Assembly: GCA_051453625.1 (NCBI GenBank)
Contig: JBOZIK010000001.1
Location: forward strand, 19,185,681 to 19,249,680
Origin: Welwitschia mirabilis
Lineage: Eukaryota
Length of the DNA: 64,000 bases
Direction of reading: 5' to 3'
The translations under genes and the position numbers were made by a program. Positions 38,304 through 50,851 of the stretch are shown in pieces (within the stretch, counting starts at the first letter, position 1; each line of letters begins with the position of its first letter). The notes beneath the pieces were generated by a model. That model did no database searches, had not been told where the DNA came from, and saw nothing but the letters and a program-made list of their open reading frames with translations.

Positions 38304-39899
38304 TTATGTCTATCTGTCTCTGTTTTCAAAATAAATTCTACATGACCACATAATCTTAAAGATGAAGGTAAAGAAATAAAATGAAAAATAAGGAAGAACA
38401 CCTCCAAGCAACTAAGGACTCACATCATTGAGATAAAACATTAAAAAACAAGGTATCTTCTTTTAAATAAAGTTCATAGACATTTAAATGTCTTAAGATT
38501 GGGTGAATCTAATCTTATCACTTTGAAATATCCAAGTAAAAATTACTAGTCATGGTAACTTCATAAAGTAAAACATAAGTCAAGTTAAAGATGTTCAAGT
38601 AATAGCATGACATCCACCAAAAGAATTAGCTAAGAACGAATGTAGATAATGGTAGAAGAAGTTTTAAAATAATTGATTCTATCATGTTCAAGTTTAATAA
38701 CTCATGTATTTTTAACCTTTATCCATTTTTTTGAATTTTCCTAGTGATCATATCAGAAATCTCAATTAATCCATTAAAAATATACTTTCTCTAAAAGATA
38801 AGGACCTAACCATCTAAAAGTTAAACTATTGTGTAAAAATAAAAATAAAAATAAAAACCAAGACAAAAATGTAATAATATAAAATCAAAAGGAAATACCA
38901 AAGCAAACTAAAAATAAGTTTTATTCAGATCCTAAATTCTATTCAATACTTTATTGAAAAGAAAGAAAAAGAAATGTTTATTTCTCTAAGGCTATGGTCC
39001 TAGGGTAATGTACTTTCTTGGAAAAATAAGGACCAAACCAAAAAGAGAACAATTGATAAAACATAAAAGATACATATGCATGACAAGGTAATATTTTAAC
39101 TCCACAAAATTTATTTACAAATTTAGAAGTAAAGAGTTTAAATAGTTCATAGAAAAATAAGCTCTTATCAAATGCATGGTATGAGGAATTCTACTTATAG
39201 ATTTCATCTAAAGATTGATATTAAGAATGAAAAAATTAATGGTGTTATTAAGAATTCAAAAATCTAGAGAAAGCTTCTTAGGATGAATGATGAAGGTAGG
39301 TCTAATATACTTAAGAAGTTTCTTAAATTTCATCTCTAAGTATGGATAATTAAAAAGATAATTTTTTCTAAAATTTAAAAGTCCAAGATATCCCAAATCA
39401 TACTTTTAAAAAGAGTTATCAATAAAGGCATAAGCTAAAGTGGATTTGATAGAATAGGGAAGGATGTTTTTTTTTACTATTTTTAAGAGAATGGGATGGA
39501 GAAATAAGGGAAGATTTTTACAATTGGATTGTTATATTGAAAAGGATAGGTCTATTTCTCATCAAGTTGGATTGAAATTCTGTCAGTTCTTTACTATTTC
39601 TCCTCTTCTCATTGTTGTCTTTATTCTTACTATGTTGAATACTCTCTGTACTTTTCTTATTAATAATCATATATTTCCTTTTTTCATTGTTCTTATTTTT
39701 ATTTTATTGATTTTTACTCTTTTTATCATTTAAGACTGTCATCCACGTGACTGGAGTGGATGACGAAGATGATATGAAAATTATTTAATTAAGTTCACAT
39801 GTTGGAGTTCTTTCTTATTAGTAGGTTTCACTTCTTCATCCTCATGATTAGAACTATTTATTTCTAATGGATTATTATGTAAAATTGACTCTTATAGCA

Positions 39900-42388
39900 T
39901 TCTCATTCTCTCCTTAACCAAATGATGTTGTACAAATAAAGTTGGTTTAGTTCTTTTTTCTATGTTTCCTTCATCTCTCATATCTTTCTTAATAGTGTTA
40001 AAAACTCTAATAGTGTACTTCTTATTACCTATGTGACATTCCATTAATCTAGTTCGCATGTCTATAATGCAGTGGATGATTACACAAAAAACTCTTTCTA
40101 AAAGTAGTGGATAACTTTCATCATGTTCTACGTCAATTATAACCCAATCTATGGGGTAGAAGGCTTCTTCTACTTGGATGACTAAGTTTTTAATAATCCC
40201 TATGAATTTTTTGGTTGATGTATTAGCTAATTCTAAGGTGATTTATGTAGGTTTAATTCTGTCTTCTAAGCCAAGTCTTTTACATATGTAAAGAGGCATT
40301 ATGTTTACACTTGCTCCTATATCAATTAAAGCTTTTCTAATTTTCTTATTTATTTTCTTCTAAAGTAACACTTACTATTTCTACCCCCAAGGGCTTTAAA
40401 TTTATGAGCTTTTTGTATGACGAAGTTGGATATAGATTGTGCAACAAAGACTCTACTAGGAATAGTACCTTTTTGTTTTCTTTTAAGTAGGTCGCTCCAC
40501 AACTTAGCATGCATTGGATTTTCTTGTAAGAGTTTCTAAAAGGGTAAGTTGATATTATTATTTTGCATTAAGACTTTAAGTGCTCATCAAAAGTAGGATT
40601 TGTATTTAAGCTATTAAGCCAAGGATAGCTTCTCTTTTTATTTTGTTTTTTTCGTGAGGGCTCATCTAAAGTTGAAGGGAAATTATATGCTTCCAAGATT
40701 TCTATATCATCCTCTTTCTCACCTTCTTCATCATTTTGGAAGTTGAAGTTTCATGGATAGGGGGTGTTGTATCAATTATTTTATAATCTCTTTTTACTTC
40801 ATTTGGGTATGTAAAAGTTTGAGTTGCAAGAGATCCTTGTGATCTTTGAATGGCTAACATTATTTGTTGAAACACATTAACTAAATTTTCAATGTTTTTA
40901 CTTTAGTTTCTAATAGTTATATTAGTTTTTTTTGTATTTTTTCATCTCTTCCATTGTGTTTATAATTAGGTCATTTTTATTTTTATTTTAAAATTTTAAA
41001 AAGCTTAGTTAAAAGTTTGATCTACTTGATTGGAAGTTGTTTGGCTAGAAGTTTGAATTATTTGGTTGATAGTTTAAGTTCTTGAGTCTATTCCCAAAAG
41101 GTTTCCAATTTGATCTCCCACTCATTCCTTATTAATATTGCATTTGGTTTTGAAAATTAAAAGGCCTTTAGTTAAATGCACATACTTCTTTAAATATTTT
41201 CTCTTTATATGTTGGTAACATGGGATATTCTTTTGTTGAATGAGAGTTATCTTTACATATATCACATGTTGATGTCACAGTTTTTTTTTAATTGCTACTT
41301 TTTCATCTAGAATTATTTGAATCTACTTTTTCAAAGAAGTATAGAAATTCTTAATCACATTGGTTGAATTGTTTTATTCTTTCTCCTAATTATATTTTAC
41401 TTCTTTTAAGTCCTTTATAATATGACATATAGTTTGATTGTCTTTAAAAGTTGGTTTAGGCCAATTTTGACTAATTTGAATAAGATATTTTAATAACATC
41501 CATGCATTATCTAAATCTAATTTCATCACGTTACCACCATAAGAAAATTCTATAAATTGTTTAGTTTTTCTATTTAATCCACTATAAAAATAAGCTATTA
41601 ATTGTGGTATACAGAATTCTTTAATAAAATTGGAATGAGTAGCTATAATAAATCATTTATATGTTGTGGCATAATCTTCATTAGGTTGTTGTTGAAAGTT
41701 TGTGACTTCTTTTCTTCTTTTCCTCATTGTGCTCTCACTTATGAGTCTTTTAATAAAGGATTTTTGTACTTGACTCCAAGTTTTAAGAATTTTATGAGAA
41801 ATAGTTTTAAGTCAAAGTTTTGTTATTTCTCTAAGTGTGACAGGAAATATAATCATGTAAGTTCTATCACTAATTCCTTTTTTTCCATTTCCTGATGTGA
41901 GCACAAGTTGTTTTATATCAGCAAGATGTTCAAACGAATCTTTATTAGGTTCTCCTGAAAATGTTGGATAAGCATCTAAATTTCTTAGTTCTACATTATC
42001 ACTAGGAGCCAAGTCAAAAGCAGTTTGGATTTCATATTTTCTATTGGCTATTAGATCTTTTAGTGTAGCATTTATATTTGCATTAGAATTTGCATTAGCA
42101 ATTCCTATCGTGATTAGAGTATTAAACGATACTACTTGTTTTTGTTTTTGCATTGAATTCAAAATAGATGAAGAAAAATGATTGGATTCTATACTATTGA
42201 TTTTTTTTGAAAAATTAGATTCTAAGATAATGAAAGCTAAAAAATCTTTTTGTTTAACTCTTGAAATTCTTTACATACCTGAGATGTGCATACCTATTTT
42301 ATTCAAAGTTAACCGAGACTTCTTTGATATTTTTCTCGATCAGGCTTCACTTCCTCTAATACTTTATCCTTTTATGTGAGTGTAACAT
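39900..42388 (-). pseudogene. gag-pro: Decayed gag-aspartic protease of element D
   Basis: ORF 41812-42162 gives VELRNLDAYPTFSGEPNKDSFEHLADI..FPVTLRE (gag); RKALIDIGASVNIMPL near 40290-40340 and VEEAFYPIDWVIIDV near 40130-40175 (protease). Confidence 0.85.
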
Positions 42389-42861
42389 GTCCCTACATGC
42401 TCAATAATGTGTTTGCAGTTGTCGTCTCTGTCATCATCCGGATGATGACCTAGATGACTACTTCATAGAAAATCAAAAATAGAAAATAAAAAGTATAAAA
42501 AAATAGAAACAAAACTAAAACAAAAACTGATAGTCATCTGCCTGTGTCATCTGGATGACAAAGGAGACGATATCAACTTATTATGTAACAAACAAAACTG
42601 AAAACAAAAACTATGGAAAAATAATAAGAAAAACCCTAACCCTAGGCCATCGTCCACTTGGTCATCTGGATAACACAGACGAAGATAAGGCATTATTTGC
42701 AAAATGAAAAACAAAACCTACAAAAGGAAAAACTGTGGTATTTATAATAAAAATACAATACTACCATAAACAAATACCTAAAGCAAAATCCAAAGCACTT
42801 ATCTAGGCAACAATAATCATCAAAATCCTTGTGGCCTTCCTCAGCAACACTGCCAAGACGT

Positions 42862-44097
42862 TGTAATGCGTATTTGTGTAAATTTTATGTCTTTTATCAA
42901 ATCCTATCAATTGGAAAAATATTGCAAAATACACACACTAGTATAGATGGAAGTGAACCTGAATTTCGTAATCCATCGAAGGCACTAGGATCAAAGCTAG
43001 AGAATTGATTTTTGTGAAGTATTTTTAGTATTTTTCTTTTAGGATCAATAATGAAAAGTATAATGCAAGAAAAAGAAACATACTATGCAATGCAAATGAA
43101 TTCTACTCTAAATGCAATATTTATCTAACTATCAAATCTGTATCACCAAGATCAGCCTTGCATAACCTAGATTAATTAACAAAACTATCATTAACTTAAC
43201 CAACCTAGGCTATCAAGTATGTCGAATAGAATATGGAAAACATGCAATGATTAAGCTAGGAAATATAAAATGTAATGCAATAAAATTTCTAAACTAATAA
43301 TTTCAACCTTGACAAAGGTTATCGTTGATGATCTATATCAACTATGAAATTGTCATGAGATCATAATAAACATAAATCATAAAGGACATGCATGTGAGTA
43401 AAACTAAATAAGATTTTCATTATTTGTCAAATCAACATCTTGTTATAAAGCAATAGCACTTCAATGTAGGAGACACAGCCCAATACCAAGGAAGACTCCT
43501 CTCTGCAACTAACGGATGGACCTCCTACTCTTTGATCTCCTATGATGAGATTTTCAAGTGATAAAGAAGATAAACTTGGAGCAAGAGTGAAGGAGGTATT
43601 TATTACAATGAAAAAAATTTAAAAATAGCAAATCTAATAGATGTAACAGAAACCCTAACTGTGCATAGAAGGTGCATGACACATTGCACAATTTTAGTAC
43701 ATTAACTAAAAATAGTGGTCATCCTGTCTGTCATCCGGACGATGATGGGGATGATGCCACCTTAAGAGAGGTTCCATATTAGCTTCTGTGTTGGTCTAGT
43801 CATCAGCCTTATCATCATACAGGTGTTATCATTTGTACTATCATCTCGATGATGAAGGGGATGACATTCCTTTTGAAGCTCTTTATCGAGTCAAATCAGC
43901 TTTACAGATCATCAATTTCTCTTCAGAATGTAAAGTATTAAAAATCATTAAAAATGCCTTCAAATTCACTAGTGATGGTGCATTTTCCTAATTTTCTTCT
44001 TGACTCTCAATAATCATCATTTTCTACTTAAACCTGTTTAAATGTCTTGTAAAACTACTGAAAATACCCCATCAAAAACATATAATTTGGCATCACA
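42862..44097 (-). repeat. 5' LTR of element D
   Basis: TG...CA ends with a short inverted terminal match, adjacent to the PBS at 42838-42855. Confidence 0.9.
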
Positions 44098-44345
44098 AGA
44101 ATAAGATGTTATACAAGTATTACGTAAATGCTTGACGAAACTAAGGGATAACTTAGTGGAGATGAAATTTAATATTTATGAATACAAGGATATTGATGTT
44201 ACGTGATTTATTAAACATGTAAAATATAAAGATACATATTTCTTTATTTTTGTAGATTATATGTTAATCACTAAAGAAAATTAAAGAAGTACTTTAAAGG
44301 TAAGAAAGACCTTGTTAAAAAGTTTCAAATCATGAATTTAGGTTT
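44098..44345 (+). pseudogene. Ty1/copia RT fragment
   Basis: FIFVDYMLIT (compare LLYVDDML) followed by KKFQIMNLG (compare EFEMKDLG). Confidence 0.55.
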
Positions 44346-44349
44346 TCAT

Positions 44350-45450
44350 GAAATCAAGAAAGAGCTAGTGGGATAGTTTAGAGATCTAATTAAATTAAAT
44401 CTATTAAACCTTAACTATAGAAGAATGATCTTTATTCACTTTTATGCTTGGATAGATATTGAGCTAATGAAGAAACTCTGATTGTCTAAAATAATACATC
44501 ATTTTGAAATTGATAAAGTGAAGATTGAGTATGAAAACCTACCCACTCCTATGACTTCTGCAAGATGATGTATCGCACAAAAATATCTTATGAGAAGTGT
44601 CAAAGAAAGAAGCACTAGAATTTCTATAAGAGTGACACATGTGAATTCTATGATAAAGATGGGCATAAGTTTGAGGGATGCATATTTAAAAAAGATAAAA
44701 ATGATTTTTAGCTAGTATTTCATAGCTGAAACGTAGATATTGTAGTTAAACCATAGAATAAGGAAGTTCAAATAACTCAAAAGAAAACCCTTAATTCAAA
44801 TATTAGCTAGAAAAAGGAATAACATATTTCTCTCACCAAAAAAAATTACAAATAGGCCATAAAATCAATCGGTAAACAAATTTGCAACACTAGGAAGTAT
44901 TGATATAGGAGATTCAAATATAGAAGCAAAAAGTAAAAGAGAGACAAAGAAGAAGAAAAAGCTAGGAAGATCCTCATACATAGTGAAAGTGAGAAAGAAG
45001 GCAAGTTAAAATATAGTGAATGAGTTCTAAAAAAACCTAATTGAGATGTTAATAAAAACCTCTAAAAAAGAGTAAAATGAATTTTATGAGCTAGAACACT
45101 TAAGGTACAAGGAATAACTCAAAAACCTAGGTACTTAAAGAATTTCTACTTAACTATAGTTTAGATATAATTTATTTAGAGGAAACTAAAGTTTATATGG
45201 AGGGTAGATTTTGAAAGATGCAATGAACTTGAAATAAAGAGTGATAATTAAGTCTTGGACAATTGGAAATACTAGCAAATCCATTCAAAAAGAATATACA
45301 ATATTAAATAAAAAAATTAAGGGAGGTAGGTAGTTCCAATTTTTTCAAATAGACGACTAGCAGCTGGTCAACATTTAAAACCTTTAATAGTGGAGTAAAG
45401 AATTAGATTATGAGGTTGATTGGAATAAATACTATTAAATAAAACATGTA
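44350..45450 (+). mobile_element. Decayed L1 LINE 5' fragment (ORF1 zinc-knuckle region, possibly the ORF2 start)
   Basis: FYAWIDIELMKKL...VKIEYENLP..DFCK (44440-44565) resembles the plant L1 ORF1 YExLPxxCxxC motif; the SWTIGN match near 45253 is weak. Confidence 0.5.
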
Positions 45451-45479
45451 TAATTACTAAAGACTTTAATCAAATGCGA

Positions 45480-47330
45480 TTGAATGGAAAGATTAGAGAT
45501 GAGAAAAATGAATCTAGTAGAAGTTACTAATCTAGATGCTGGGGCACTATTAAATCACACTATCGTACTACGCTTAGGAAAAATGAAAACCCTAGTTTAC
45601 ATGCAACTTCGCATGTGCTTGTCTATAAAAGCAAGCTCTATTATTTGGAAAGATCAGCAAAAAATAAAATTACTTTTTGTAAATCTATTTTATTTTTTTT
45701 TAAATAATTTTTTCTTGCTCATTTTCTTGCTTTGCATTTCTTGCATTTAGCATTAAAACTGAGACTAAGGTTCTTGAGTCTATTAGAAAGTTTACATGCA
45801 ACCTTGCATGCCTTCGAATGCTTTTGGATATGGTTACTCTATGTTTCCACTCTAATACATCTAAAGTTTTTTTAAGGTTTTTGTGGGGTTTCCAATATAT
45901 ATTTTCTAAACTTTGGCATTTTGGATTTTGTCTATACGTGCCTCTGATTTCTGGCATTTCTAAAGAGGATTTGAAGCTATGCACTTGCCTTTTTTATTTT
46001 AGTCCTATGCATTCTAATTATAAGGTTCTATTTTTAGCCATTTTTTATTTGTTTCTTACAGAAGAGTGTTGCAGAGACTAAATATTGGCCATTTTACAGT
46101 TAAAGATGTTATGGTCTTCCTCTCACAAAAATGGATTCATTCCAATAAGTTTATAGCTTATTGCTTCAGATTCAAAGCCTTATAACTCCAGCACCGTCCA
46201 TACCCTTATTGTAGAACCTGCATGCAGTTGTTTTTTGCTTCGCATGCAGGTTTTTCTGTTAATCTTTGCCCAGTGATTTTTACTCCTGCATGACAGATCC
46301 ATGGCAGTGGTTTTTTCTTCTGTATAATAGATCTAAGGCAGTCGTTCTTTTTCACCACTTTTTGTAAGTGCGCTATGCTACGCTGCGTCTTTGGTAGCTA
46401 CTCTGTGTCTCATGCAACTGCGCTTCCCCATCCACCTGCTGCGCTCTTCCCTTCTGCCGTTATTTCTGTTCATTCTCATTAAAAGTTGTAACTATTATCG
46501 TTTTTGCTACTGGACTCCCTTAGTGCCATTAGTTTTTGTGGCAAATCTATCAAAAAAATGCCCTTTGCTTTCAGAAAACGCGCTGCAATCTGGTGCGCCT
46601 GCAATGTTGCTTTCGTTGGCTATGGATCTGAGATTGCCGTTATGATTTCTGGAATCCATTGGCCATTTTCTGCCTTTATCACACCGCTAAAATAATTAAT
46701 AGTAGTGCTATTTTCTGCACCTATTATCAATTTTCTTTGTAACCTTGCTGCAATTTTTGCACCTGCACCCATGACTGCAACTTCTTTGGCAGCATCCTAG
46801 TTCTTTTTTTAAGATGATTTTTTTGTAACTTCTTGGGGATATCCAGAAGGCATCATAGCTTTAAATCTTAGTGCTCTTATCCCGTTGTTTTAACATGTTT
46901 AATCATTTTACTGGACAAGCCATTTTAACTAATTAAGAACAGTTCTCCCTTGCTTAACCAAACTGAAACTATTTCTGTGCTCCTGAAATGCAAAGTGATG
47001 GGCACTGGGAAAAACCCTAGCAAAACCTCGCGCAGGATTGAAAACCCACCGTGTGATGGAGAACAAGATGACATTGTTTAAAATGGCCATCTCTGCAACT
47101 CCTTAATACGCATGCTCCTTTATTTACCCTCGTTGTTGTGGTAGCAGCAACAGATACTATGCAGAAAGTACGTACAACAGACATTGCCATCACATTGCTA
47201 AAATAAGATCACACTAAATAAGGGAAAGACAAGGTAAAATCACAGTAAATACATGGCAAAGTTCGCATGTAGCGTTGGAAGCATTTTAGGTCTTTCGCTT
47301 GGTCAACTCAACGCCGTACTTAGCCAACAA
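45480..47330. other. Second CpG/CHG-retaining island with RY (CATGCA) and telo-box-like (AAACCCTAG) motifs
   Basis: Intact gcgc, cgctgcg, cgcgc and many ctgca; aaaaccctag near 45586 and 47011. Confidence 0.55.
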
Positions 47331-47960
47331 TGAGTTATTATCGTGTATTCCTTTTAGCGATAACTCTAAATATTTATTTTCTTTAATTATTATATGTCAT
47401 TATGCCAACAATGAGCTATTGTTATCTAACAATGATCTTTCATTTGAATGGTTCATCATTAACCAACAATATCTCATCATTNNNNNNNNNNNNNNNNNNN
47501 NNNNNNNNNNNNNNNNNNNNNNNNNNNNNNNNNNNNNNNNNNNNNNNNNNNNNNNNNNNNNNNNNNNNNNNNNNNNNNNNNTCATTTGAATGGTTCATCA
47601 TTAACCAACAATATCTCATCATTACCAATGATGGGTTATTATTAAAAAAAAAATGAATTCTCAAATGATGAGTCATTATTGTGTATTTCTATTATCATTT
47701 AGTAAATATGAAACTACTTAATTACATTGAATTGATGATGGAAAACATTACTAATGATGAATCATCATTGTTTAGTAATGATATCCTATTTTAAATAAAG
47801 AGTTGTTATTAATGATAAAATATTATCACAATGATGAGTTATTGTTGAGTAATGATGATCTCATTTTTGAATGAGGAATCATCATTAATGACAAGATACC
47901 ATCCTAATAATGGATCATTGTTGACTAATGCTAATCTCTTTTTTAGACAAGAAATCATCA
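47320..47960. repeat. Degenerate short-unit array (aatgatgagtyatyattg-like), possibly CACTA subterminal repeats
   Basis: Recurrent aacaatgagttatt, aatgatgagtcattattg and aatgatgaatcatcattg units; no terminal CACTA motif found. Confidence 0.55.
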
Positions 47961-48228
47961 TTAATGCAAGAATTAACCAAGTAAATAAACATGCATCAAT
48001 CAAACTAATCATTAAGTATAAATTATCATTAAGAAATTCAAATTAGTGATAAATTATGCTAAGTTACATTAAGTCGTCCACTATCCTCCCACCATAATTA
48101 AATGATGAATAGAACCATTGTTACACGTCATCATTATTTCTTCTGACATATTTGCTCATCTTGCCTAATCATTACTCATTATAAAAGTTATCTTTCACAT
48201 TGAATGAACCTCTCTTAATGATTAGATT

Positions 48229-49398
48229 TGCTAAAGGATCTTTAATCATCCTAAAAGCGGAATGGATGAATAAGTGCTTGTGAAATCTTTAAATCTTTGC
48301 TAAACTATTTTAAAATTAAACTTAAATAGCATAGAAAAATAAAAATAATGAGCCAGAAATACACAAGCACATCAAGGACTTTTATAGTGGTTTTATCTTT
48401 GAGGCCTATTCCACTCTTGAGGGATAGTAGAAACACATTCTAACATCATGATTTCCCTCTTTCTTCCTTACTTCAACAAGTGTAAGATACTTTTTACGTC
48501 AATAGGGCTCTGTACGCTACAAGAAAGTTAGCTTTACAATCTAATGAATCTTTAAGATCAACAAGCAAAAGGATTTCTAATCTACAAAGTGTATCTTTAA
48601 ATACAGATGATCAAAGATAGTCTTTCATTATGCAGCTCTTTATTCAAATGATTACAAACGACAGAGTAAAGTCTCTTTAAAAGATACATGGTTAAAGATA
48701 AGTTAGAATTTTTTTTATTCAAAAATTTATTCTTTTCAAAAGGATCATAACTAGAATGAAGGAGAAACAACAGGAATGGAGGATTAGTAGCCCATAGAAA
48801 ATAAGATTTTTAATTAATTTTTGTGTATCTTGAGTTGAAAAATAGTAACTAAATTAATTTCCTTATCTAGCGCTCATAGATCTAGTATTCTCGACTTAAA
48901 AAGTCCAAATGTCCTATACTTGATTTGGTATTCTAGATTTGAATCAACTCATAGCATTAAACATCCTGGTTGAAAAGTTTAGATGTCTTAGAAGCTATTT
49001 AAGTTTATAGGCAAAAATAATGATAGGATTAGATGTCCCAATTAAAAAACTTGGACTCCCTGGATTGGAATGCCCTAAACGAACACCCCGAAGTTCCTAG
49101 CTTGAACAACTTTATTTTTCCAAGAGCAATGAAATCAAAGATGTCTTAGATGATTACTTCAGATGTCTTTGTGCTAAAGAAACTATGACTTACCTATAAG
49201 GCATCTTTTAAACTCAAAATTATCCTAATAAGGTCATCTTATAGACCTCGAACCTAATGGCAAGCCTATCAATAAAGTGAGTTATACCTACTTTGTAAGA
49301 GATAATTAATGATTTAACGTGGATCTATTTTATAAAGATGCTTAAAACTTACGGGTTATTATTAATTTAAAGGCACCATCATTAGTGATTTGTCACAC
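48229..49398 (-). mobile_element. Possible solo LTR (SIRE/Maximus copia-like)
   Basis: atcctaaaagcggaatggatgaataag and tttatagtggtt...cctattccactc resemble reversed SIRE LTR 3'-end motifs; repeated agatgtc(c/t) motifs. Boundaries and TSD are not confirmed. Confidence 0.4.
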
Positions 49399-50097
49399 AT
49401 GTATCTCTCTTTTCTCTTATAAGTTGAAAGATAAAAATACTTATTATTATTTTTATTATACATTTCTATTATAAAGATCTTATCTTTAGTATAGTAAATG
49501 GTCAATAAATTAAATTAATTTTCCATATATCTTACGACATCAATTAGTAATATTTTCATTTTGTTTTAATGTTATAAGGCTAGAGTTAAAGAAAAATATC
49601 ATAGTATTAAAACTTATAAATGTAATTTAGAATAAACAAATCTTTGAAAATTTTTGAAATGGTATAAAATTTTTAGAAAATTATTGCAATAGACACAACT
49701 GGTTTTTATGAAAATTTTTAGATGAATCTTCTTGCCAAAACATTATAGTTATTCCTTCATAAATCCAATGTTCAATGAGTGGATTATAGATTATTTCCCT
49801 TGTCTTGTAATTTTCAAGTGATTTAGATGAAGTATTGATAGTTAACTATTATTATTTTTAGATGAATTAATAAGATATTTATAGATGGAAAAGATAGTTA
49901 CATGCATATTTAAATATATTATAAAACTTTCTTTAATGTTAAGTAATGTACATGCCTACTTTTTTAACACATATATCACTATGAGATTCCTAAAAGAAAT
50001 TTATTTATTAAAATAAATACAAAGTTTGAAACTAGCTTTGTCACTTTATACCCACTTATCTTGATCTATATTATGTAATCTTTTGATCCTTTTCAAA

Positions 50098-50851
50098 ATG
50101 AACTTCAAATTTTTGTCTGTTCCTTCCTCATCCACTAGACTGAAAACTTTTATAAAAAAGAGTTGCCCTTGTATCTAAAAATAGAAGAACTAAATTCTAT
50201 TTTATCAATTTTGATAGAACTAGGATCCTAGTAATATACTTTTCATCCTTTAGTGAAGGTGATCAAGATTGTCCTCTACACACTTTAATATATGAAGTTC
50301 TTTAGGAGTTAGATAAGAGATAAATCCAAGAAATATTGTCAACAATGAAAATTATGGAAAAACAACTCACGCTTTGGTTAATGAGTATCTATTTTAAAGA
50401 AGAGAGTGTTAAAAGCTAAACTTGATGAAATAAATGCTTATGAAAATGAGGCTACCATTAATCAAGATTCACTCATTATTCTTTCTCCTTAAAAACAATC
50501 AAATGTATGCTCATAATTATACACAATTAATCAGCGTTAAGTGTTATAGACTTGAATTTGAACATAGATTATATTAAAAATTATTTGAGTAAAGAACCTC
50601 AGCGCATCTTGTATTACTATATTTAACATCAACAAGATGTGTAGGAATTATCTCACAAAGTTTAGAACATAAATATCAATAGTCTAAGGGCTTTTAATCA
50701 AACTTCTAGCTCTAATCGAAGCATAGGAATAATAGAAAATTTGCATAGACATTTTTACACTAAGAATTTTTATGATTTTAGATACATGATTTTTTCTTTA
50801 GGATTCTATGGAACAGATGACTCTTTTTTAATTATTTCAAATAATAAGTAA
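50098..50851 (+). pseudogene. Possible decayed ~250-codon orphan ORF, copy 1
   Basis: Runs from caaaATGaac to aagTAAgtaa with protein-like stretches (KAKLDEINAYENEATINQDSLIIL; NIDYIKNYLSKEPQRILYYYI*HQQDV*ELSHKV). Several frameshifts are required. Confidence 0.4.

Larger units (their letters stand above)
31565..44097 (-). mobile_element. Element D: two-LTR Athila-clade element (gag-protease plus env-like remnant, no RT/RH/INT)
   Basis: Colinear LTRs at ~31565-32772 (outer end damaged) and 42862-44097 (tgtaatgc...gcatcaca); PBS tcctcagcaacactgcca at 42838-42855; PPT-like sequence at 32773-32790. TSD cannot be verified. Confidence 0.85.

Noticed and set aside
39464..39733. Hydrophobic plus-strand ORFs (also 45484-46081 and 26106-26306) as membrane proteins
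   Set aside because: Low-complexity T-rich translations; 39464-39733 is antisense to a purine-rich TE segment and 26106-26306 lies in element A's T-rich leader.
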